From NCBI GenBank assembly GCA_030704615.1, contig CM060732.1, forward strand, positions 14,756,001-14,820,000: a stretch of 64,000 nucleotides of DNA, written 5' to 3'. The notes under the pieces were generated by a model, which worked only from the letters and a program-made list of their open reading frames with translations, did not search any database and was not told where the DNA came from. Positions 38,600 to 51,402 of the stretch are shown piece after piece; position 1 is the first letter of the stretch; the number at the start of each line of letters is the position of its first letter. The position numbers were made by a program, and so were the translations under genes. The stretch comes from Takakia lepidozioides (Eukaryota; Plantae; Bryophyta).

Positions 38600-41500
38600 A
38601 TGCAAGTATTTCCACAGCCAGAAATCCCCACAACTCTTCATGTATCTTCTTTCGGAATTGGGCTATACACTCTCGTGGCAATCATAGCACACTAGCATTG
38701 TCGTGTGTTGTGGCAACATATGAAGTTCCTGGGGAGGTTTCATTAAAACTGGAGGAGCCAGTTTGCCCCTATCCAAATGTCCTGAATCCGCCTGTCCTAT
38801 TGTAGCTGGGATTGGGGTTACTATCGTCTTAAGTTTTTGGTCATAACAACAGGTGACAATTGTGGCTTTTGATATCGTGTTGATATCTCCCAACGTTGGA
38901 TTTTCAACTGGTAGGAGCAGCAATGGGTATGAACAGCAGCTGGTTCGATTTACAACTAGCATGAGCGGCAATGGGTGCAATAAGCTGCCTGAGTTTGAGC
39001 AATGTAGTGTTGGGGTACCTTTGTTGCGACATCTTGTGGCATGGGGTGGTCTTGTGGCCTCTGGCAACCCCGTAACCTTTTAGCATAATAAGGGCTGGCA
39101 TGTAGCCTGGCAAAACGCTTGGGCATGAGGTGCTTGTAGGCAGAGTGTTGAAGGCACCAGAATTTAATTGCGCAACAGTTCGTACAATCGGGCATCTGTG
39201 TCAGTCGGTTGTGTACCAGGGACTTTGATCTTGCTTTATTGCATTGATTAGTAGTGGTGGTGCCTTCTTGAGGTGGGGTTGTAGTTTTCAGAACCCTACG
39301 GAGCTAATGGCTTGGTTGTCCATACCTTACCTTTATTGCATAGTACTAGTGAGCTTACACCGGCGTAACAAGTGGGTTTGCGTGCATCAACGTGCCAGGA
39401 GATTTTGTTATCCCTGCTTGGTACCTGTATGCCCGATTTTTTTTTAAATTTGCAGGTTGTGTTGTTGGATGAGCTCTTATACCTAGTATGAGAACGTTGG
39501 TGGCTAGGGTGGCGCCACATGGGTTGAACACCTGGGTTGCTATGGTGGTGCCACATGGGCTGTTGGTGTCCGTAGATAACGTGCATGGAGGTTAGCATGG
39601 GGATGGTTGTAAATTGGGATTGGCCCTGAGCAGGGAGTTGGACGTGAATGGTCATGTGTGTGCAGGGCCTCCTGTGATGCTCAAGAGATCGGGTGGAATG
39701 CTGCAGCGGTAGATGAGTGTTGTGGTTGCTAGACGATCGAGGGGTGCGGTCCATGCTGGTGGTGTGGCTATCACAGGTTGTTTGTTTATCCATTAACATG
39801 CCCTCCTGACATTTCGCAGTCGTTCTGTGGGCTTCCTGTTAGCAGGCCCGACGGTGGTAGTTTGGCAAGTGCAGAGCTACTGGGTCCCGCTCCATTGAGA
39901 GTTGGGGGCTGCACCTCCCCAATGGTGAGGGTTTCCGGTAGATAATATTCAAAGTGTAATGGGACGTATGTCGTGGTCGCAGAGGCTTTGGCCAAGTTTG
40001 CAATGACTGCTAGTTGGCTATCGTTCAGAGGGAGCATAGCCCCCATGTATTCTGGCAGCTTGGAAAGTGTTGCATTTGCATGCGCTTGGAAGCTGCTCAG
40101 ATTTTGTGCCATATGATCAGAGATAGATTTCCTGAGCTTGAACATGTTGACTGCATTTTCCTGGGAGAAGGCTTGGGTAAAGTGATGCTCGAGGTTGAGC
40201 ATGTCGTTCTTGGTCGTGATCTGATGAGCAGCGAACTTTTCGTCCGTGACCAACGTAATCATCGCTTCCTTCACTGCCAGGAATTCATCTCGGCTGACCA
40301 CATCCTTTGTTGGCACATCCGCTGCTTGGATAGTGATGGAGTCGACCGTCTACACTAGAGCTTGGTTGATGCTGTCAGCTCCGAGTCTTTTGAGGATCGC
40401 ACCGCTCAACTGGGATAATGTCGTTGATGCTGTGCAGATGGGCAGAGAATTGGATGTACTTGCCATGTTGCAGGATGTACTTCCTCTTGTACCATCTGGC
40501 GTAGACTGCAGGATTGGTGCAAGTAAGGTTGACGATCCCTTCATGTCGGGTGGTCTTTGTCTTCGAAGTGTGGCAAAAGTAGATGTGCGCTACGTTGCTC
40601 GTGCCAATCAAACTTTTGAGGGCCTCCACTGTCTCAGCTTGTGTTCTAGCGGTGTTAAGATTTTTGATGATCACTGTAAGAGCGCTGTGTTCAGCAATGA
40701 TCTCCTTGGAGGTGGCAGGTAGGCCAAATGCACTTGCGTAGCGCTCCACTGGTTTGATTCTGGTGTTCTCAATCGTGACCCCGATGGACATGGAGCGTCA
40801 ACGAGTGTCATCTGATATGACGTACATGAACGCAAATTTGGAGTCGACCTTCGGTTTGGCTACATGCTGCAGTTCAAATTCGTCTTCCCTGAAGTATGCT
40901 TCCACCACAAAATGTGTAGCCAGCGTGTATCCGAGGTGGCCTTGCAGTGCTTCGCTAGTAATGTGCAGGGAGAAGTAGTCGTTTGTGGTTGCTATGTCGA
41001 AGCTCTTTTCAACCATACCGATGACATGTTCTCCTAATGCAAGCTCCAGTGCGAAAACTCGTTCATCTCTCAGGAGGGCGAGCCCATCTCGTTTTGGGTA
41101 CTGCAACTCGACTTTGAGCAGTCCATTCCATGTTGATGTTTTTGCCTTTGTGATGATGAGTATGGATGAGTACAGCTTGGAACCGAGAGGAATGTTCATT
41201 TTTGCAAACCTCCTCCTTGCTTTCTCCAAGACCACCAGCCGATCCATTTCTGTGTTGTGATCAAACCTGATCAATATGTGGTAAGACTCCGCAGCTAGCC
41301 CTGTCTGTGGATTGACCTTAGTGCCTTTGGGGAGTTGTGTCAGATGGTAGAATTGGCCTGTTCGACCATCGCACCGTTGTGCAGGGTATGGCCATTTGTG
41401 GCACTTTGGGAAAGGCACGGCGACAGACGATCATTTCTCTGCTTTCTAGCTGCGAGACTCCCAATTTCATGAGTTCTTCTTGTGATCGTAATTCTTGAAG

Positions 41501-41950
41501 TGGGGGAGTACCCACTGCCACTGCGCGCTCCTCCATTGTTCGGCACCCTAGCCAATTGCAGCTTATATCGATATGTGCACTGTAGGGGGGGCTTGGGGAG
41601 CTTCATTGTTGCTGTTGTGCTTGTTGAGGTGTGCTCGCAGAGGGGGAGCGACTTCGCTGAGCGGGGGAGGAGTGTTGTCACCGCTGAAGCATACCGGCGA
41701 AACTAGGACATTCTCTGAGTTGGTGTGCATTTCGGGTGGCAGGAACGCAGGCTTGTTGGTGTTTTCCTCGAGCTCGTTGGTATGCTCCATTTGTTGGGTT
41801 GACTGGTGTAACTGTTCAGGACCGTTGACAACTCCACAGGAACGCTTGGAGCTGCTCGGGGTGCTGGAGGTGCTCACGTTTCCACCGCTTGGAGCTCGTT
41901 TGGCAGATATTTTAGGCCCCAAAGTGGCGCTCCTCGTGCATGGGGTGTTG
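38600..41950 (-). mobile_element. Degenerate non-LTR retroelement 5' part (ORF1-like protein plus possible endonuclease remnant)
   Basis: Consecutive broken ORFs 41922-39786 (WNGLLKVEL..DGLALL..RVFAL; TVIIKNLN..HIYF..HEGIVNLTC, RRM-like); downstream SGHLD / SPIPKED remnants; similarity from memory only. Confidence 0.45.
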
Positions 41951-42104
41951 GCCTCACCGTTACCAAGGAACTGTTAGAGGGTTGTCTGGGACTTAAGACA
42001 GTTTTACGGGTTTTGTGGGGTACCCTTAATTTTTGCGCAGACTTACGGATGGTAGACTTGGACCAACACAGGCCTTAGGGATGGTAGACAGGCTTTCATA
42101 GTCA

Positions 42105-42330
42105 ATCACAGCCTTACACAGTTAGACACAGTTTGAAACAGTTTGTCACAGTCTGACACAGCCTTACACAACTTGTCACAGCCTGACACAGCCTATCACA
42201 ACCTATCACAGCCTATCACAGCCCAACACACACAGCCCGACACAGCTTCACACAGCCCGACACAGCCAGTCACAGCTCGGCACAGTCACAGCCCAACATA
42301 GTTCGGCATAGCCCGTCACAGCATTCACAG
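42105..42330. repeat. ~10-bp period minisatellite (CACAGCCNNN)n, ~20 copies
   Basis: cacagcctta cacagttaga cacagtttga ... cacagcctat cacaacctat ... cacagcccga. Confidence 0.9.
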
Positions 42331-44449
42331 GGAATGGTTATTATTGGCAGGGAACGACTGTGTGGGAACGACATCTGCAGAGGGAACGTGCATTCTGTCT
42401 TGAATGACAGTTAGTTAATTAGGCGGTTAGAATAGTTTGCAGATAGATTAGGCAGAGTAGCAACAATGGGGGGGACACTTCTTGGATCACGACTTGGTCA
42501 TCAGGGAGAGAAGGACGATCTTGAGCAGAGGGAGGGAGAGCGCAGTGGAGGAGAAGACACGATCTGTTGATGCTTGATGAATGCAAGTTGTAGAGTTGTA
42601 CTGTAGAGCAGATTAGATATTCTATGGCTACGGCCTGATACTTGATAGATATTAATCTGATAAATACTTCATCACACTGTGTAGAGAGACCTGAGTGAAG
42701 CTGTGGAATGAATAGATGAGTGGATGGAACCTGGTAGATTGCTGAAGCAATCTGATACTTAATTATAGACAGTAAGGTAACTTGCTAACATGAATGCGAG
42801 AAGGAATACAAAACGGAAGCACCCCCATGATACATTAGCTGTAGGTCATGACTGATTGTTCTGAGCGGGCTGAGTGCTTAGAGATTTCCAACTCTTCTAT
42901 CTTGGAGTTCCCACCTAGGATAGCGAAGGGATGGGTGAGTAAAAGCCGCTCGACATTTGGCGACCATACTGAGGAACTGGGTCAAGAACAAACAGATGTG
43001 ACATGCATCTAGTGGGATCATGGTGGTGGGAGAATCAAAGAATTTGATGTGAATCAAATTCCCTACGGAACTGAGAAAGAAAGATTGTCCAAATAATTCT
43101 TTCAGAGGTTCTTGGAATTGCCAGACGGTTGCAAAGAAAACATTCTTGAGAGAGTGCATGATGCTGATCCAGAGTGGGGTCTGGAGAAAGGAGTGATAAT
43201 GATTTATCAAGTGGCCTGTAGAGGGAGAGCAAGTTGGTTACCAACACTGGTTTATGTGATAGCATTGCTATCCATTAAACGAGTGGAGTTTGAAAGCTGG
43301 GACGAACGGAAGGTGAATGTTTATACTCACATGCATGAAGAACTTGTACTGGTAAAGAATTGGATTCCTAAGGATATCCTGTGGATCAAACTTACACCAA
43401 GAACAGCTTTTTAGACGTGCTTGCCATATGGTTATATGGTAACGAAGTCTTCTAATATAGCCAAGGGTGCATTAAAGCTTGAAAGAAATCCAGGCATATA
43501 CGAGAGATACTACAGAAGAGAGTTTTGGTTATTGCCTCATTAAAGATATGAAAGACATGGGACATTAGTGTTGAAAGAGAAGCTAGACTCCACAGATATT
43601 CAGCAAAAAAATAAAGTTATTTGAAAGCTAATTATCCATATCTTTGGGAGAGAGGAATAGACACAGGGGAATCATCTGGACCTCTCACACCATTAAGACC
43701 AGAGAGTACATCACCCATACTGGAAGAAACAAAGTTGGATGCCACTCCTTCTTATTCTTTACAAGAAAGATTAAGGGATTTAAAGAAGATCAGCCACGAG
43801 GGGAAAGATTTGAGGTACATCCCTGGATTAAAGATTTGACAGAAATATTTTATCAGAGTTGGCATGGAACACCAAAAGCAGGAACTCCAGTTTCTGAATC
43901 ACAAAGACAAAGAAGGAGAGGATGATGTGGCAAAGCCAACGGAGAGTTCAGACTCTCCAACACCACTTCAGTTGAGTTATATGAGTGAGGAAGAAGAAAT
44001 CCAAGAGAAGAACTTGGAAGATGAAAACAGAGAGAAGAATTTGGAAGATGAAGAGTATGAAGAAGTAGACCCAACAGTCGAGATTGAGACTACAACCAGG
44101 ACATCCCAACCTGTTGGACCTGGATCAAGTGGAGCACTTGGATCACAGGCTAACAAAGGTGTCGGCTCAGGGGGATAAGGCGGGCAGCTTGGATCTAGCT
44201 CTGGGGGGACAGGGAGTGTGGGAAGTAGTGCAACTAGAGCTGGGGATACTATAAGTACAGAGGGGCCAGTAGCAGGGAGTGCTCAGAAGTACAAATTTCG
44301 AAAATAAAAAACAATAAAAAAACAATAATTTAATGCAATGTGTCAGGAAAAACAAATATATTATTCGGCCCCTTGAAGGGAAAATTGCAGTTTTGACAGT
44401 TGTGCTCATGATATTTCGTCTTCTGCTGCCAATTCCCAGCGACATGTGC

Positions 44450-44890
44450 AAATATGGCGCCGAATTTCGCGGTAATAGGGTCCGTAACCTAAAAAAACGG
44501 CGACGTATTTCGCGGTAATAGGTCTCTTTGGCGAAAAATGGTGCCGAATTCCACGGCTATAGGTCCCCTCATGACAGGTAATTCGGCGCCATTTTTCCAG
44601 TGCATGTTCGGACTTAGCCAGTTTTCGGCGCAAAATAGGGAAATTCGGCGCCATTTTTCCAGACACTGTACAAGTGCATGTTGGGACTTAGCCAGTTTTC
44701 GGCCCAAAAAAGAGAAATTCGGCGCCATTTTTCCAGACACGGTACCAGTGCATGTTGGGACTTAGCCAGTTTTCGGCCCAAAAAAGAGAAATTCGGCGCC
44801 ATTTTCCCAGACACAGGTACCAGTGCATGTTGGGACTTAGCCAGTTTTCGGCCCCAAAAAGAGAAATTCGGCGCCATTTTTCCAGAAATG
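44450..44890. repeat. 74-bp tandem repeat with GAAATTCGGCGCC motif (3'-side subterminal region of MULE #2)
   Basis: Motif at ~44580, 44641, 44715, 44789, 44864; inverted motif at 44455 and 44540. Confidence 0.92.
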
Positions 44891-45040
44891 GCCCCACAAC
44901 TGCTTCTGTTGGATCTCAGTTTGAATGGAATATTGCCTCATTCCAGGAGTTTTGGGGTGCATTTCATTACACTGCAAAAAAAAGTCTGATACAGCAAAAT
45001 GCAATTGAAAATATCCATATGGAGGATTCCCTTTGCCCCA

Positions 45041-48000
45041 TCAATGATTTCTGGAATCCCTAAGGAGGAGTTTGTGTAGCTCGTTCACGCTCAACGCCGG
45101 TGCATGAATAAAGTCATCAATAGTCACGTTCATCCTCAACCTCTTCAGGTAAATGTAATACAGATGCTTGCACGGATAATACTTCGAACCCTTCTTTGCT
45201 TCCATCAACGAGAAGTCCGTACAATTGCAAGTCGGCTCCACTCCAATCGTAATTGTGTATACATCGTCGCGTATAGCCGAGCCGGCCGTTGCCATCCGAT
45301 ACACACGCCCAAGGCCGGGTGGGGGTACGTCCACGGAGCTCTGAATAGTGCAAGCCATCCCAAGAGCATTGGCAATCTGAGTCTCATTCAACTTGTTGGG
45401 AGGGTGTCGTCTCTTCACTCTTCCGAATCGCATTGTGGGATGTGCAGAATTGTCCAATCCGTCTCTACTGGACCGAGCAGTCTGCAATGGCTGGGTCTGA
45501 GGAACCGGAAATGCGTGGGCCGGGATGTCTGTGCGTTGCACCATTCGAAATCCTGCTGCAGATAGAGCATCCGCCTCATTCTAAGAGAGGCTGCAACCCG
45601 GTGCAACAGGCCAGACGCCCGGAGGCTCCGGCATTCCCTGAATCCCGTACTTGGGCTTGCCAAATATACAGGTCATTATGTCGTGCCTACAGAACCAAAA
45701 TGTCTGCGTTGTGACGTGAGCAAATGTGGGAGTCAAAAATCTGCCGCTGAAACAAGGTGCAGGTACAGCATCGTGTGGGTTCCTCCGAATCATCTCACCA
45801 CAGCGTGCTCTCGTATCCACCCGGATGGCGCAGCACTTCCCTCGAAATGCCGGCAATGTCCTCGCAATTCTCCACTGTGACTCCGACACTTCTGTCTCCA
45901 CAATGGGAATGTTGTACTGCGTTACTACAGATGGCTCGTTATGTTGCCGGGGCACGCGCCCTGTGCTTAAAGGAGATGGCGATCTTGAACGTGCAGGACT
46001 TGCGGTGCTCGACGAGACCTCCTCGGGCAACATCATCGGACCACGAAGGAGCGTGCGAATATTCTTGTCAGCTCGCCATGAATCCTCTTCTCCACCAGGT
46101 GCCTCGTCAAGTCTTCGTCTCACTGGACGGGTATGAACATCTCCTTCCAAATGTTGGCCTCTTCGCAGCAATGGCGTGTCCCGAAGGCCCTCTCGCAAGG
46201 CCACCGCCCACTTCCGAGGATTCTTCGATCTAAAGGCAGTCCGCATCAGCATTTCCTGCCTGTCCGGCCCCAAGCCCCATTGTTTCCCTTTCAAGAACTC
46301 GTTGTACCTGCATTGCTGCATAATTGACCTCACAATGTCCTCCGTTGTGGCAGTGAGGATGTCCACCAGATGCGCCGCAGAGGAGGCACACCAAGAAGAG
46401 TGCACTGATTCGGCCATGTTTGTCGTGGGCATGTCGGTGTCGGAGTCGAGACACATTTCCTGCACAAGCACATGTTGAGGTTACAAGCAAGTTACAAATA
46501 TGGCCAAGAATAATATTCAACGGGACGCGAATTCGTGCAACTCACCTCCCGCATATAGTCGCCGAACTGGAGGAAACGATAATGCCACCATGCTAGCCAA
46601 CTGACCATTGCTCCCTCGTCTGATTTCCTTACAGCACCTGACGATGTCCACCAAGCCCGTATACATGCAAACTGTGTCTCTGCATCATCCAAGGTGGGAG
46701 CGCGCTTCCACGCAAGACACATGGAACGGTGCTCCTCTCTGAAATCTGGCGCCACGAGCCTGGTTGTGTACTGCGAAAGGCTCTGCAGAAAATGGAACCC
46801 ACAAGATCTCTCCTTGCCTTCCATGGGAACATTGGGGTCTTGCCCGTACACCCTTCGGATGGCAGCCCAATTTGTTTGTGCGTTGTCCGCCATGAAACCA
46901 CGGAAATTCGGAGGGGGCAATCCCGCCTTGGCCATCTGTTCGTTTATTCCCTGCCAAAGAAGCATCTCCGATTGTGTGTCCTCTCCTTTCATCTCACAAA
47001 TAGCAATTGTAATTATCATCCTGCAGTGGGTGTCGTAGACATGTGCACCCATTGTCACCCACTGGTGATTTGTAATTCGCTTGATATGGTCGAACATGAC
47101 CCAACTGTTTGACAAGTCCCCACTTGTCATCCTGTCAACCAGTTCGACGCCGCTGCCAGGTCCACACGTGGACATTTTGAATACGAAACAACGATCTGCC
47201 TCAGTCCCTTGTCCAGGAAACCTACTTCCATGAATGTAGTCATATCCACATCGTCACTTCACCTCCAGAATGGAGTGCATATCCGAGCCACGCCCAATTT
47301 TCTGTTTGCATGAGACAACGTGGTTTCAGACATTCGGTGAACATACGTGGGACACCGACTCCAGCAATGCCTCCATTTCCTTCTCGTCGAGAGGAACTCT
47401 ATCGGAGCCGTCTTCTGACATAATTCTGGCCAATGCCATCTTATGGGCGGCTTGGAGCTGTATCTGTTTGGGTTTGGCACCCGGTCTCAACTTAACCTCC
47501 TCTTGAACGAGCTGCTCTGCTTCGTGGGTAGCCTCCCGCGAGTTCCCCCTCGCCAATTTGTGACAATGGGAACCAACGTGTATGCAAGTTCGGGGTGAGG
47601 TCAGGGAAACGGTGCAACACATAGAACTGCTTGGCATTACAAACAGACATGCAGTGTGGTGGTTCTTTGCAATGCGCACACTTAAATGTGGAGTTCGGAA
47701 CCTTCTCCTGAGCTCAAAATGGTTGATGAGCTGTGCCTGTCCAATCGGTCTCGTTCCTGTGACCTCTGGATTTAAAGTGGAAGCAAGTTGGGGAGAAACA
47801 CCGCAACGCGCCCGCACAAACAACGTAGCGCACCCGCACACCATCGAGCATCTTCATGCTGGTGGTTTTGGTAACGCACCAAGGATGACCGTCATGTTTT
47901 CTATCCATATCTGTCAACATTCCGGACGCCCTCGAGTAGTCCGCCCGAGGAGGGAACTCAAAGAAGATATTACCGTCGACGTCGGCGGGAAGACATGTAA

Positions 48001-48650
48001 CCGATTTAATTGCGAACTTGCTGTAGTCCAGCCCGGCCAGCTTCGACCGGTGTCCCTCCAGGTGAAGCCCTCGCAGAATTTCAAGAATAGATCGAACTGC
48101 GGTGCTCGTGCTGGGAATATGACTCCCTCCTCCACTGACGTCCATTGAGGACTTGCCTGATCTCCAGGACGACCTCGGAACTTCCATGACCTCGTCTGAG
48201 TCGAACAGGTTGTGAACAACCCGGTTCTCGCTCGTCTTCATGGATGGGTTCGGCTCTGGATTTACTTCGTTGCGGACTTCTCTCTTTGAGGTAGCCACTC
48301 TCTGATTCGCGGATTGTTTCGTGGAAGGCGCCAGGATAGAAGGTGCATTTGGCGGGCAAATGAAGTCCCCAACAGCCCCGTATATGACGCTGTCCGATGG
48401 TGGAACTCACCATTCCCTGCCATCGCCGAAATCATCGTGGAGCACAACAATACTCTCGACAACAAGGCCGTTCGAGTCCTTCCTTTCCTCCTCCAAAAAA
48501 ACCAACCCCGGTTTCAGGTGGTATCGAACGCACAGATATTTCTCCATCACCCGGCAGATGTCCCCTCTACACGGAAATGAAGCTCTATGCTCGTGAGGAG
48601 GGCAGTACACTGTAGCGCTCGGGTTTTCCGCCATGGGAGATGTGCACACA
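45041..48650 (-). mobile_element. Mutator-like (MULE) transposase pseudogene #2, same architecture as #1
   Basis: DGHPWCVTKT..CAGALRC..; HVGSHCH; WVMFDHIKR, FMADN, CGFH, TTNMAESVH; CNCTDF...PCKHLYY; GT-AG intron 46545-46460; internal stops and a frameshift. Confidence 0.87.
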
Positions 48651-48889
48651 AGACTGCCAGGATGGCGTGCGGGGAAGCTCCTTGGTAGAAGGGGGATGCA
48701 GCGATGGGAAGGAATGCGGTGCCGATTTGTCCGAGCGACGAAGCCTGATCCAAATCAAGGGAGCCAACTATCTCAAAAATCCACAGTCAGAGTGTTATTG
48801 AACCTTGTCTCCGGAATGCGGCCCCTGGTCTTTGCGCAATAACTGCCAACGGTATGTAGTCAGAAACTGGGGGGCCATCCGGATGATGA

Positions 48890-49385
48890 CGGCTGAAGGG
48901 GAGAAGCCGGCCACCGTGCCGTCACATTACTACCCCCGAATGGAAATTCGGCACCCAATATCCAACAGGGGCCGCACGGATGAAGTCGTCTGGGGCAGAG
49001 ATGCCGGCACCTGTCCGACAGAGAACATCCCCCGGACGGAAATTCAGCGCCGAATTTCCATTCGGATCCCCCCAAAGGAAGTCATGTTGGGGGGTCAGGC
49101 CGAAAACTGGCCGACATAAAAACCTACGCGGATGGAAAAACGGCGCCGAATTTCCATCCGAGGCCTTTCGGATGCAGTCGGCTCGGGGGAAAGGCCGCCA
49201 TCTGGCCCTCACATTACAACCCCCGGACGGAAATTCGGCACCGAATATACAACAGGGGAAGCCCGGATGAAGTCGCCTCGGGCGCAGAGGCCGGCGCGTG
49301 TGCGACAGAGAACATCCCCTGGATGGAGATTCGGCGCCGAATTTCCATCCGGGCCCCCCCAAAGGAAGTCGTGTCGGGGGGTCAA
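48890..49385. repeat. ~290-bp tandem duplication with palindromic GAAATTC(G/A)GCGCCGAATTTC motifs (5'-side subterminal region of MULE #2)
   Basis: 48895-49100 vs 49185-49385; motifs at ~48942, 49040, 49140, 49230, 49326. Confidence 0.85.
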
Positions 49386-50541
49386 CTCCTCTCCATGTAG
49401 GTACCAACTCATAGATCCATCAAACCAATAGAGCAAAAACAGCAGTAGTATGTGTACAATCAACACATACAAACAGATTTGAGGTTTGAGAGAGCTCAAA
49501 GCCTCACTCCCTTAGTCTCTTGCCCTTAGTAGCATTTCCTGCAACAAAAGACACGGCCTGCTAAGACCAAGTTGAGTCTCCCAAGAACCTTGTAAACATC
49601 AGGAAGAATACCGAATCATGGTACTAACAGGAGCCAAGAGCCCACTGCAGGATAGACAAATTTCTTCACATCGTACATTAAGAAAAAGCCACACCTTGCG
49701 ATTGCGATTGTCCCACCAACGTGATGGATCTGAAAAAAACTCATGCCAGCTCTACTACTTAGATACGCACAACCAAACAAATCCTAAACACAAAGCCACG
49801 CCTTGCGATTGCATTCACTCCCAAAAACTAAGTCTGCTCCTCTCCAGAAACCCCGCAACTTCCAAACTACCTATCACGAGCTTTCACGATGCTATCACGA
49901 TGCTTTGGCAGTAAGAAGACACAGACCCCCAAAAACACTAAGTCCCAGCATCACACGGCAACCTAGCACAATCCTCCTCACAATCGTCTAAATGAGTGAT
50001 TGTGAACTAAAAAAGCAAGAACCCTAAAATTTGAACTTGAATACTTTATATTTTACCTAAATAATATTACAATTATTTTGGAAATTACAAACACTGTAAT
50101 GCACGGCCACCATTTACACATAACCTCACATACAGAATGCGGTGCACAGTCGCCTCTCTAGCATGTTCGTTGTGTTCCATTGAACTCTCCACATAGCCCA
50201 AACGCCTTAGTAATCTGCTTCGTATGCAACCGTTAGATTCACTTCCATCCCCCGCACCACAATATCTCAACCACTTAACCAATCATATATAGACACCTCA
50301 TAAGTTGTTGTCACAGACTCACCCTGTCATTCATCCATGTGATGATCTGGCAAAATGCATTAGAGTGAGAGTCATGAAGTCATATGTGCGTCTAACAATA
50401 TGCATACGTCATTCCAGTACATAGCCATGACCGCGACTGGTAGTCATATCCGCCATGCCAATATTCGTGGTCAAACATGTTTGACTTGTGTTGAGCAGAG
50501 TCCGGAGTCATACAGTCGCATATACAACTTCCCCGTGATGA

Positions 50542-50576
50542 GCCCTGGGCGCGCGGCCAGGGCGACGACATACTAG
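50542..50576 (+). mobile_element. Helitron-like 3' terminus
   Basis: GC hairpin GCCCTGG-N8-CCAGGGC followed 9 nt later by CTAG. Confidence 0.45.
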
Positions 50577-50577
50577 C

Positions 50578-51402
50578 TAGGGGGGTTGTGGTAAGTTGCG
50601 GTAAGTTGCGGTATAGGTTGGGGGGTGCGGATGTTGCATGAGCGGTGAGCGGGATTAAGCATGAGCATGAGCAGAAATAAGCATGAGCAGAACATATTTT
50701 ATGGATTTTTTGCCAAATTTATCCCTTGTGGAGGTAGTTTTGGATTGCTTTTTCGGTAAAAAAAGTGCCAAATTCTCCATCATCATTGGCTTCGACCTTA
50801 GGTTCAGATCAGAAAATATAGGTTCGGCAGTTACCGAACCTGTGCCGATTATAGCACAATAGTGCTATGAGAGTTGGGTAGTCAGTGCCGATTATAACAT
50901 AATAATGCTCGGACGGATGGACAGCGACTACCGTGGAAATAGGCCCGTTTTCTATTATCGTGGTCCGGCCGAGCCGGCCGACCTTGTGGCCGACTATAGT
51001 TGGTGCCGGAAAAATATTAGAATATTTTATAAAAAAAACTATTAAAAAATTATAGTCGGTACCGACTATACACAACTTTCGCTCATCTACCTAGTTGATA
51101 ATTTTGTAAAGGTTGTTCTCTAAGATGTTCTTCCCCCCTATTTTGTATTATGTATTATAGTCTGTCACGACTATAACATCCAAGATTGGGGCACGGATAT
51201 AGACATTCTATCCCCTATTTCCGTTGCCTCTTACCAAGTTTAAAATAATGCAATTTATGTACATCGACATCCACACAATGGACTTCCGGGAGGTCCGTTT
51301 TTTGTTTTCAGGGTGGTTTGGTGTAGGTTCGGGGGAGGTTTGGAAAAGTCCGCTCATGCTCATGCGCTCACCGCTCACCGCTCATGCATTTGCAATCCCC
51401 TA
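50578..51402. mobile_element. Non-autonomous TIR element (hAT-like TAGGGG ends, GCATGAGC/GCGGTGAGC subterminal repeats)
   Basis: TAGGGG.. / ..CCCCTA with inverted GCATGAGCGGTGAGC blocks at both ends; related sequence at 12150-12370; no clear TSD. Confidence 0.55.
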
